Position numbers and translations under genes: made by a program
The notes under the pieces: generated by a model
Databases searched by the model: none
Told to the model about the DNA's origin: nothing
The model's input: the letters and a program-made list of their open reading frames with translations, nothing else
NCBI GenBank assembly: GCA_010093605.1
Contig: MU004191.1
Coordinates: forward strand, 1,286,816 to 1,350,815
Direction of reading: 5' to 3'
Length of the DNA: 64,000 nt
Source: Lophium mytilinum
Taxonomy: Eukaryota
Shown: positions 36,322 through 47,726 of the stretch, piece by piece
Position numbering within the stretch: the stretch's first letter is position 1
Layout: every line of letters starts with the position of its first letter

Positions 36322-38615
36322 TCAATCCACAGACTCCTTCAATGGAATCATCATCGGACTCCTCAACCTGCTCGGACTCCCCGGCCGACTCCTGTGCCCC
36401 GACCCTACTCCCGCCAGCCTCTCCCTACTGTCTGTCCGCGAGATCAACCCGCCTCTTCCAATCGCATTACTAAACACGCCCGGTGGACCCAACCCCAGGC
36501 CGGCCCCCTGCGTGACTGGATTATCAAAATAGCTCGGCGGCGTCGGATCAAACCCAGCTTTGATCTGCGGCGTTGCCCAGCCCGAGGTCCTGCCTACACG
36601 GCTGCCCTCGCTGGAGTCCGAGTGCTCGTTATCCGAATCCACGTCGCCGAGTTCGAACTCTTCCGCGCCCTCGCCGCCCTCTAGTACGCGCTCGTAGGAA
36701 GGAGAGCCGGCGAGGCCGAAGAGCTTGCCGCCGAAGCCGCGGCGGCGCTTGAGGGAATTGGAGTGACGGGTGAAGGGGCGGAGAACGCGGTGGAGGAAGG
36801 ATTTGCGGCGGTCGCGGCCGCAGAGCGTGAAGAGGACAACGCAGACGATGAGGATGAGGATTACGAGTCCAGGGATGCGCCGGGAGGAGTCTTCGAAGAG
36901 CTTGTCGTGCCAGTCGTCGTCGTCATCGTAAGGATCCGCTTTTACGTACTTTCCGCCTGCGTATTGGAAGTCGGAGGGTATGCCGGGGACGTTGCTGCCG
37001 AAGCCCACTGCTAGCTCTTTTGGTGGGGCTTGGACTTCGCTGGATGCGTAGAGGACCATTTTGCCCAGCGTCCAGCTCACTTCGACGTCGCCGATCTTGT
37101 TAACGGCTTGGAAAGGGTCTAAAAAGCCCTTCTCTTTTGCGTGGTCAAGCACTTCCTTGGTACCGTTGTGTCCGCCCTTGATAGGCTCTATCCCGACTCT
37201 TGGAACACCAATGCCTTCATGAAGAACATTGATTAACCAAGATGCTTTGAAGCAAACTTCAAGCGCGGTGTTCTCGTCGACTTTCTTGCCCCATGTGTGA
37301 TCTTTAACCCCCTCTTTTATCTTATTCCAATCTTGACTGCAGAACTCTAGTACCCGTTTCTGGTAAGTGTGGAAATCGTAAGCCTTGTCTTTGTGTGACA
37401 TCTCGAATATCTCATGAGTCGTATGCCAGTACTCTGAGACTCCTACAAAATGGTTCACATCAAAGTCTATAGCGGGTACGTGAACACCATTGATCAGGCA
37501 GGGTTCATCTGGACATGGCTTGTCTTTCTCCAGAAGTGGCAGTGTCGCGCTCATACATCCTGGGAAGTCTCCTGTTCCAAGGAGATGTGGTGCCTTTCCT
37601 AGGTCCTCGTCGGAGCCTAATTCTATTGGATGGCCTGTGGTAGTAATATTGAGTCCGGAGGGAAGACAGGGATCAGGCAGCTCCATAGCTTTCGGGCTTG
37701 CTTCGAGGAGGCTATCGACGTATCGTTTCCGAGCTTGATTGACTCCAAATCCGAGCCAGGTGGTGACGAATACCCTGTATTCGGATGACTTGCCATCTAA
37801 CGTCCTCATTCGCAGGAGTGTCAGATCGTTTGAGTGCTTCTCAGCTTCCGTGCTGTTTGGAGCGAATGCAATCTGTGCCGATGCACCTCCCATGTCTAGA
37901 AATCCATACGTATGATGTCCATTCCCATGATCATGCTCCTCAGGTTTGTCGAATCCTCCGAGAAGGTAATTGGCAGCAATCCACCCATACAGCCCCTCCG
38001 TCTCCCCAGGAATGACCTTGATGTGCAGATCGCAGTCCGGTAGCAGGAACTCGGTCGTCTTCTGTGCGTATGTGCAAATTTGTTCCAGCAAAGCTTTCTG
38101 TTTCAGCGGTGGTAGTATCCTCATGCCAGCGGTAGCCAGCAGGAATATGGGGGTATTCGCGACCTCGTCGGAGGGTATGACATCGAGGGCATGTTGAAGT
38201 AGGTCGGCAAGATATTCCGGACCGACCTCGTTAGGGTTGTCGCCAAAGGTTGAGATTCCTATACGATATGCGCCATCAGCACACCGCGCCGCGCAACAAA
38301 GCGAACAGCACCGGGCTCACCAGGATGTTTCTTCAGAGTCCATTTCTTTTTCGTATGAAGGGCGGGCAGGCGTTCTAAGTCGGTTCCGTTCGCGGAATCG
38401 CGGGCGTAATCGCTATGAAGCCATCGATAGATATGGACACGGGTCCCCTTTCACCAGTCAGTTCAGCGGCGCGCGTTGAAGGGCTTTTTCGGCGCATACC
38501 GACGACCCAGCATCCAGAATAACACCATATCTCCCTGTGAAAGCGTCAAAGGTCAGCGAGGGCTGGGCGCAGATGTCGCGATAAGGAGCTGAGGGGATTG
38601 CGTACACTTTCCCAT
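36322..38615 (-). CDS. YND1: Golgi apyrase / NTPDase (GDA1/CD39 family), Ynd1-like
   Basis: MGK|WRYGVILDAGSS; LATAGMR; EGLYGWIAANY; DMGGASAQIAF; SWTLG; single C-terminal TM followed by a long cytosolic tail. Confidence 0.94.
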
Positions 38616-39259
38616 CGGAGAAGGGCCCGTCGAGCGCTATCGAGGGGCGTAGAGCATGTAGCAGCGAGTGAGTGGTACTAAAAGAGTACGCAAAGGGTAG
38701 AAGAAGCAGGCATGAAGCAGATTGATTAACGAGTGACGTGAGGAGGTGGTGCAGCGGCGGATGCGGCGTCCAAGGTTGAAGAAAGATAGCCTCGAGATGG
38801 GGCCCTCACACCCTGGCCTGGTGCTTCGTAACGGCGCTCGCGCTATGCAGACGCTAAATTTATCCAGCCTTGCCACTCTAAATGCACCGATTGTCTCCTC
38901 ACCCCGCCACCACTTGCTGCAAGAATGCGACAACCCATTATGGCTGCTCTTCAGCCTCGCCAAAGGACACGCTTCTGTCGGGATCAGGCCTCCACGCCTC
39001 GTTCGAATGCTTCCTGCAGCACTCAAGACGACACAAATGACCTTCCGCGTTCGCATGCAACCGAGGAGATCATCGCCAGGGTCCAGCGCGAGCGATTTCC
39101 AATGATCTCATCTCCGTGCTGCCAAACTCGGTGCCGTCCTGCGGCAAGTTCCACATGATACTTTTAATCATCAGGTAGCCAGTGTTTTCATTACAACTGC
39201 ATTTAGAACCACATCTCGATTCTGTTTCACGTGCTGCGAACGCCATGCTATTCTACCGT

Positions 39260-40123
39260 CTAATCTTCGAGTAAAAAGCGCAGAAATGCCGCTGATACTT
39301 CCGCCCCGTCGTGGTGCTTCCCAACCCTGCCCATAGCATCTTCAAATAGCGCATCAGTGAAGATACCTTGCGCATGTCTGGCCTTGATGATTATCGTCTC
39401 AATCTCCTGGTTGAACTCGGGGTGGCCCTGAACACTGATCAGCCGGCCCTTTGCGTACATCCCTTGCACGCTGCACACGGGCGACGAGCCTAGCGCTTCC
39501 ACACCCTCCGGATGCTCAAACGCAATGTCTCGGTGCATTTGGTGAATGTTCTGCACCCTTCCGTCAGCGTGGTACTACGTGGGCAGCATGGTAGGCTTAC
39601 GAGTCGGTCCACCTTGAAAAGCTCTTTACCCTTGGCCGTCAAGTCCATCGGAGTCACTGCGATCTCCCACCCATCGGCATTTTGGCCAACTTTGGCACCC
39701 ATAGCACGAGCAATGATCTGATGGCCGAAGCATACGCCGATGACTCGAACTCGTCTTTGTGCAAGTATTTTCTTCGTATAGTCCACAAGCTTCAATATCC
39801 ACGGGTCGTCGTGGAACGCAGTGAATTCTGAACGAGACTCAATATAAAGTAGACATTGAAAAGTACTTGAACTCGAACTTACGAGATCCGCTCATTAAGA
39901 CAGCGTCAACATCCTCAAGAGAAGGATACTCTTGTTTGTACACAACGTCCCACTTTGAGACTTCCAGGCCTTTCTTGGAGGACACCACTTCCGGCATCCC
40001 TAGCGTATCTGCTCCGGATTGGAGGAGCACTCGAAATATATCGCCGTAAGTGCCATATTTCTCTTGAACTGAGGGCAGAGGCTGGGCGCACTCCAGCACT
40101 GCTATACGAAATGGTGGCTTCAT
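39260..40123 (-). CDS. Class I glutamine amidotransferase-like protein (GMP-synthase-like), 3 exons
   Basis: GVCFGHQ and QGHPEF motifs supply the Cys-His-Glu triad. Confidence 0.9.
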
Positions 40124-40354
40124 CTTTGTTCAAGATCTTGAAAGATCGTGAGTGTTGTAGGGTTATAAGAGGTTGAAGGCGTTATCGCCAGCATAAATCT
40201 TTCGGCATCAATTGTCCGATGTCAGCGAAATCGGCTGGGGCGGGCGCTAGCCTAATGCCGAAAGGCCTGCCGAGTTTGACTGATTACGAACCGTTAGCTT
40301 ATTTGACGATTCCCTCTCCACGACAACACCACACCTGGATGAAGGAAACAGAAA

Positions 40355-42434
40355 ATGCTAGTATCGAGTTCTACTTCGAGAGATGGCAACCATGGCAATG
40401 AGAGAACGCCGTTGCTTCTCCCACATAATTCCGAGGTGGGAACTGAAAATCACGAGCAAGCCGTTCTTGAAGACGGAGAAATAGAGGATGTGGCCGAGAT
40501 TGGTGGCCCTGGACTTCAGCCAGGCCATCCTCAAGAGTTATCGAAGATCAGAAGCTATTCCCACAGCCATTGGCTTGCTCCAGATGAAGATACTGGAAAC
40601 GCTGTCGAGCCCGAGGGCAGTACTGCACAATCGTCATTTCTTGGTGGCGTATCAAAAGCGAGATTCTGGCTAATTTTCATCGGAATCTTATTTGCGTACT
40701 TTGTAAGTTGCCTCTTTTTGAATTGAAAGTTGTCATGATTGTACTGTAATTACTCTTCATTGTTTTCTGGTCTATGTTTGGTATTGAGTCAACATTACCG
40801 GTATTAATGTTGGTAGATAGCATTGTTTGACTCTACACTGATGGCATCTAGTCATCCGGTCATCACTTCACACTTCAATGCGTCCAACTCTGCATCGTGG
40901 CTTTCTACTGCCTTCCTTCTTACTTCAACGGCTTTTCAGCCGCTGTTTGGACGGATATCCGACACTGTGGGAAGGCGTCCCATATATCTTCTGGGTTTAT
41001 TGTCGATTACCGCAACTACCGCTTGGTGTGCTCTAGCCCAAAGTATTGGGAGCTTCATCGCTGCTCGTGCCTTTTGTGGACTTGCAGCTGGTGGGATACT
41101 CGCCATGGGTACGCATGGCAAATGCACCCACTCTTGCGCAAATGCTAACGAAACAAGGCTCTATTATGACAAACGATTTAGTTAGTATAGAAGTTAGGGG
41201 CACTTATCAGGCCTACATAAATCTCTTTTACGGCCTAGGCAGTGCTTCTGGAGCTGCCTTCGGTGGCTTCCTCTGCGACCGCATTGGCTGGAGGTGGACT
41301 TTCGGAGTCCAAATACCACCACTTCTGGCCGTGTTTGTGCTAGCTTTTTTCAGCACGCCTACCACACTAGGCCCTCAACTCGCGAAGACATCCGGCAAAG
41401 GTGCCTTGGAAACGATTAAGAGCTTCGATTTGGCTGGGTCTTTCTTTCTCACGACGTCGGTTGCGTTCCTGATACTGGGCTTGAACCTAGGCGGGAATGT
41501 ATATCCATGGTCACATCCGCTGGTCATAACATCTCTTGCCGTTGCTTTCTGCGCTGGACCGGTTTTGATACGAGTTGAGTCAAAAGCAGCTCGTCCAGTC
41601 ATGCCGCTGAAAATGCTGTCTAGCAAACCGCGAGCTAACCTTGTCTTCAACAACTTCTTTGCGACTGCTGGCATCAACTCTATTATCTTTAACGCTCCCC
41701 TGTACTTCCAAGCCGTCAAACTAGACTCGGCTTCAGCATCGGGCTTTCGTCTAGCTGGCCCATCCCTCCTTTTAACCATCTGCGGCGTCTCCAGTGGGCT
41801 CATTATGACCGCCACCGGACGTATGAAAGAGTTGTTTGTTTCGGGCTCGCTTTTCATGTTATTAGGGTCAATCTGCCTTTCGTCGATGTGGGACGGCATT
41901 CCTACGTGGCTTGCGACAATATTCATTTGCCCGTCAAGTATCGGTCAGGGTCTGGCATTCCCTGCATCATCAATTGCTGTGTTAGCTACGAGTACACAAG
42001 AAGACCAAGCTGTGATGACAAGCACACTCACACTATGGCGCAGTCTTGGTACTGTTCTGGGCGTGTCTTTGAGCAGCCTAGTCTTGCAGAACTCATTATC
42101 TGCGTATCTGAACGATTTAGTTGATGGTTCCCACAAGGACGAGGTAATAACACTGCCCAACTTTTAGACGAAGTAGGATGACTGACTATCGCAGATCATC
42201 TGGAAGGTTCGCAAATCTGTTCGAGCTGTCTTGGACCTCGACCCGAAGCACCAGCATCAAGGTATGTGCTGCGCCGATGCGTTGTCCTCTAGGTTTGACC
42301 AAGCTTACACGATCCCAGTCATTGATGCATATTCAAGAAGCCTGAGGGTAACGTTCATGTCATCGATTGTGCTTTTCCTAGTCGTGAACGCCTTGGCTCT
42401 CCCTGTCAAACTGCCTCGCCTGGGCCGAAGGTAG
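40355..42434 (+). CDS. MFS drug:H+ antiporter-2 (Vba-like) transporter
   Basis: N-terminal ERTPLL dileucine-type signal; FQPLFGRISDTVGRR; GGFLCDRIGWRWTF; many TM segments; introns. Confidence 0.9.
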
Positions 42435-42524
42435 ATACAGTCAACACAGCCTTACCACGCCTCGCGACAACACTCTACACTGGCACAACCTACCTCACTC
42501 CGTAACGCCTCCAGCACCCCTGTC

Positions 42525-43694
42525 TCACTCATAAGCCTCCATCAACTTGTTCCCCTCGACACCCTCCGCAAACCCCTCAATTGACGTTGTATGGCTCCAC
42601 GGCTTCAACCCAACCTCTTCCCGAATCGTCGCCGCAAAGCAACTCGACCACTTATTCCTCGGAAACAGCGCCGTCACTGACTCGATCGTCGCCGTATCGA
42701 TTAGCTGAGGGTTTATCCCCATATTATCTGCTCGCCGCACCGTCAGCACTACTCAGCAGTAAAAATCCTTCAAGCGACCAAGCCACCCAACAAACCCCCT
42801 TCCCCGCCGCAAAACCGATAATCCAAATAGCGAGCACCGCACGGAGTACCATCGTGAAATGCGCCCCTCGTACCCGCGCGCACTGGTGAGACACGACATG
42901 TTGGTCGCCAACACGAACCCCCACAGCACAGCCCCCCTCATCGCGGACCGACTCGAACGCATCCTTCAACCGCGCCCCACAACATCACCCAAAACGCACC
43001 AACGCAACAGCTTTCACAAGTCTCAGAACAGAATAGATGGTACCACTTACCGAACACAGTCGCTAGCTGGATCAGCCCCCCGACGCTCGTAATCATACCA
43101 CTCTCGCCGAGGTCCTGATGGCGGATGATAGCCTCCGCGACGCTCTCGGCCTGCTCTTTCGGCGCGCCGAGGGATTGGAGTAGGTTGAGTGCGAGCAGAC
43201 CGCCCTGGAACTCGAAGGAGAGGAGCGTGCTGTGGAGGTTGTGGGTCGTGGTGCCGATGTCGTGGAGGAGGGCGGTGAGGTAGTATGTTTCTAGGGAGGG
43301 CAGGAATTTGGGGAGATGGTGGGTGGCAATCGTTGAGCCTAGTAATACCAATCAGACTTGGTGACAGATAGTATTCAATTGAATGAGAGTTGGACTTGTG
43401 AGTTCGACTTGGTTACTGTGAGGAAGGGAAAATCTGATAGTCGTGATGCGATTGGTATGAGAACGAGGGTGTAAGAAGCTTACCGTAGTAAAATACTCGC
43501 ATCGAGTGGTTGAACGTCTGCTCCGACAAATGCTCCTTCGCATACGCATACACCTTCTTCGCGAGCTCAGACGACGGCGGCGTGATATCCGCTGCATCCA
43601 CCTTAGCCGGCGGATTCGAAGCCGTGTGCGCGAGGATCTTCGATAGCGAGCGCGGGACGGCAGTGAAGCCGTACTGGGAGATTGATTCGGCCAT
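42525..43694 (-). CDS. Cyanamide hydratase family HD-domain protein (CAH/Ddi2-like), 3 exons
   Basis: TFNHSMRVFYYG, LLHDIGT, SFEFQGG, AEAIIRHQD, ATVF|DNMG, FPR.KWSSCFA, KPWSHT. Second intron is 42728-43050. Confidence 0.9.
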
Positions 43695-44565
43695 TCTATC
43701 GACTTGATACTATCTATCAGAAACGTGGAATCGGAGAAGAGCAAGGATGTGTGTGATGCAGGGATTACAGCTTTGATTCGCAGATAGCTTCGATTTTTAA
43801 AAAGAAGAAAGATGGCTTTTATACACTCGGGCAACTGATTACAATCAATCCCTCTGAGATCCGCACGATCGAGAACATCACGCTTCGTCAGGATTTCTTT
43901 GATGGGACAGCAGTTCGTTGGATCCCCCGCGCGCTGCCGCTCAGTCATCAGGGCTAGCTTACGGGATGGTTTGTGGTTCTCCGCGGATGCTCCTCGGGTT
44001 GCATTTGATGATCTTTCGTGAGCTCATGATCTTGATATACATGAGGTCAGACCTTGACGATCCGGGTGGTTAAGGGTTGGTATCGTATTATGCTGGAGGT
44101 ATAGGTCTGATTTGACGGAAATAGTAGTGTAAGCGAGGTGCTGCGATTGGCTGCGTCTGTTTGAGGAAGACTCTGCTAAGGCGCTTATGAGTAAGCAGTG
44201 CTGGCCAATGAGCGCAGATCGAATAACGAATACGCAATGGACATCATTACAGTATTGGGTGGTTGCACTAAAGTGTCTTGTCATTTCGACGGTTGGAGAG
44301 TATCAAAGCTGATTGTAGGATTCATTGTTCTATCTTGTCGAGCTAGATCCGGTTGCGTCCGTTAGACATGCGAATGACTGCATTCCCTTTGTCCCTATCG
44401 GCTCGAGACTCTTCCTGCAATAATTTAATGACTTGATAGCTAAGCAGCAGTTTGATCGAGGCGCTCTGCCTGTGTGATTCCTCTAAAATTCTTATGCGGA
44501 ACCTCTCGGCGCCTTTCACTATCCCACGCTGCTTTCGATGTGCTACGCCTTGATATAAACCAAAT

Positions 44566-45525
44566 ATGAGGACTGAACTGGTACTGGAGGGGAGTAAGAA
44601 AGAAGCCAAAACGCTACAGAGATCATACGCGGGAGGAGATGAGAGCACAATTTTGCTGGACTGTAACACCACCTATACAACCCCTTCTGGCTCATTCTTA
44701 TTGACGTCTTCCAGGGGAACTCCGCGACGCAGTGCTGGACCGCACCCACAGCTTCATCGAACATGGATACACCACTGGCTATATAACAGTCGATGCTGAC
44801 TTCGGGCACGGGCAATATCTGCGGTCGAAAAAGAAGGTTCCAGGGGTTCGCGAGTTCACTTTCGATGCGAGAGCATATGAGATCCCCATCGGTGAGAAGA
44901 CGCGCTTTCTGATATAGTTCGTAGTGGTGGCTGACAGGACTTAGGTTCTAAGATCGCTTGGGAGTACTTCCCAAATGGCACCGAGACTACTCGCGGATCC
45001 CGTTGGCCTTGGTGGCTTAGGTCCCTCCTCGTCTACGTCACCTTTGCCGTTGGCATAGCCCTTGGGGCGCTGTACGGTGACTACGTCAAGCAATACGCTC
45101 TCAAAATGCCACTGCCCCCGCCATCGGGACTCGAGCCTGGCCAACACGTGCCGCTCGACAGATGTGGTTATTCAGCGAGGAGCTTCTCCTTCCTGTACCC
45201 TGATCTCTATTTCTTCGACTAAGACTCCCCCGTCGAAAAATTGGATGCGAAGGGTCTTAGGAAGTGGAAGCGAGATCTCAAGGTGATATGGCATCCGGAC
45301 AAGACTGTTGTCACTGGCTTCCCGGAATATCTACACCATGATTTCACGCTGATGATTGACGAGAAGGTCAAAGAGCTGGAGGAGAGGTTGAAGCAGAGTG
45401 GACGTGAGGGGCACTGGTCTAAGACTAAGAAAATGTTCAGCGGAAGGGGAGGGACATGGAATGACGACGAGTCTTATTTCGATCTGACAAATATTTGGAA
45501 GGTCTTCCAAACAAAGCGTAGTTGA
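44566..45525 (+). pseudogene. Disrupted gene with F-box-like motif, TM segment and J-domain-like HPD motif
   Basis: SFLL[+1 frameshift ~44704]RLPGELRDAVL; intron ~44892-44944; TM LLVYVTFAVGIALGALYG; in-frame TAA at 45220-45222; then LRKWKRDLKVIWHPDK. Confidence 0.55.
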
Positions 45526-47136
45526 AGCACGGACAGGAATATGGGGATTCCTCTCCAAGCGAAGACAGATAGCAAATTATGGGTTCAAATATGCCGAAGG
45601 CTGCTGATTGGACAATGTGTTCTACAATATAAGACTGGGGGCGAGCTAGGAGGAACCACATGTGCCCACCGCGTCGTCATCAATTGGGGCTTTGCTATAA
45701 ATGAGGGTAAACGATGGGACAAGATTTTCAAGCGCTTGGTGTTGAGCCATATAACTGCTTGGCATGGCAAGCGCTGAACTTGTGATATGTGACTGATACT
45801 GACGTGCGCCATGAAACAAAAATTCTGGTTCTGTCCAGCCACAACGGCAGATTTTTCTGTCTCCCCCGGCTGTGCCGGTTCAGAAACTTGCAGTGTTGCA
45901 AACAAACCCGTTGTGATGTCTGCTGAGCGGTAGCCAGATGCCGCGTCGGAAGCCGCCTGCAAACAAGAAACGTTAAAGTGATTGTTCTATCAGAAGAAAC
46001 CAGCTGCCAAGCCACGCGAAACAAACGTTGGGTTTGGCGCTGGCAAAAATGGTGGCGCAGCGTATCAGAAACGCATCTGGGCGGCGGCAAACAAAACATC
46101 GAATCATCTGGTCCGGATGATCACACGGTCACACTGCTGGCCATGAGTGGGGATATTGGGAGCCATGGGGGTAGACGAGACAGTTGCTGTACGTCAACGG
46201 CGGGCATGAAACCATTTCGTGCATGCGGTCCCCGAGGGCCCAACCGCATTGTTCTACCCCTGGCTGAGGTCAGAATACTACCGTGCCCCAAGTAAGACTA
46301 TACTATAGCAGCAATGCCCAAGTTGGAGGAGCCGAAGGAGTCGGCATGCCGTAGGCAGTGCACCGGTCCGAAAGGCGATCCCCCTTACCAGCGCTCGGTG
46401 TATCCCTCTGTGCATCTGCCGTCGTGCAATCGCGGTCTCGCAGATTCGCCTCGCCTCTCGGGAGCGAGGACCGCCTTGACCTCCTGGCGTAACCCGTCTT
46501 GGCTCATTTCGACACCATCCGGCGCGGAGCCTCTTGGGGCAGTCGGGCGGCGAGGGGTGCACTGCGCGCGGCGACGGGCATCCTTGATAGGCAGACTTGC
46601 CTCTGCCCAGTGACACGCGGCGGGCTCTCTGTCGCTGGTCTGCGGAGTTGCACGACTCACCGCCCGCGTGGCAGCACTGCGGCGAGGATACAGGCGTTGA
46701 TGCTGGATATGTACTGAAGCTCTCCCTGGCCGAGGGCCTGGCGCGCTCTTGGAGCAGTCTTGGAGTCTTGTCGGCGGGCCAAGCGGCGCAAAGGAGCGGG
46801 AGCCTGGTTAAATAGCTGCGGGAGCCGTGGACGCCTGGGTGAGGCCGCCCAGACGGTCCTCTGGTGTCGGTGCGCGGCGGGCTCTGTGGTTTTTTAGCAT
46901 CGGGGCAGTGCAAAGCTTGGCGCGACACCTCTCGAGACCGATCGCCCTGCTCGATAGCTTGCGGCCCTGGTGCCGATTGTTCACCATGGCCTGCTGTCCT
47001 GCTTCCTCATCACCCTCTTCTTCTTCTTCAAGAGATCATTAACTGTTGTCTTGGAGTGCCGCCCTAGCTGCCGTCGCCACCTCCAAGTCCCACGCAACCA
47101 GTCCTGCCCTAAGCCGTTCTCGGCCATTTTTGTATA

Positions 47137-47606
47137 CACAGCCTCATTCAAGCCGCAACTAGTCCACGGCTCCACGCAATTGATCCAGCAAACCAAGGCC
47201 GGGAAGCCCGTCAACCGCCGCTCTTCAGCTCGCATGTCCAGCGGGGGATAATCTAGACCACGCTGGAAGCTCTCCACATTCACCGAGGTAGGCCTGATCC
47301 GCGCTCTTCCACCATTCCTGCGACTACATCCCTCTGCTCCGCCCTCACAGTTCCCTGGGCGGCTACCGTGGCGAAGCTGGAAATGTACCCTCCCGGTTTT
47401 CTCGGGCTGCTTGGAATGTCTTGGGACAGTGGATTGCTAACGCCGTTTGCCTCGTAGCTGCTTCAGCGAGTGCTGGATGCTCCTTTCCCTGGTTCATTAA
47501 CCTCAACCATCGACACAGTACCACGGCCCAACCACCTGCACAGCCTACCACTTCGCCTCCTTTGCCTTATTATTCGATTCACATCCCCATGTCCAGCTGT
47601 CCATAG
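47137..47606 (+). promoter_or_regulatory. PMC1 upstream/leader region: Crz1-type CACAGCC sites, probable 5'UTR intron, two 5-codon uORFs
   Basis: CACAGCCTC at 47137-47145 and CACAGCC at 47539-47545; GTAGGC(47288)..GCTAAC..TAG(47457); uORFs at 47234-47251 and 47589-47606. Confidence 0.5.
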
Positions 47607-47726
47607 CTCATCAGCCGCGGCGCCTCACTTACCGCATCTTCCACTCAGGCATTCACTTTGGGGAACCGGAGCCTATAATCCTCAGCCTTCTTCCGCAGGC
47701 TTAGGCTCCCGTCCGCTTCGACCACC

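Noticed and set aside
45585..47067. Overlapping ORFs including 46278..46928 (216 aa)
   Set aside because: Arg/Pro/Ser-rich with no motifs; expected by chance in GC-rich DNA upstream of PMC1.
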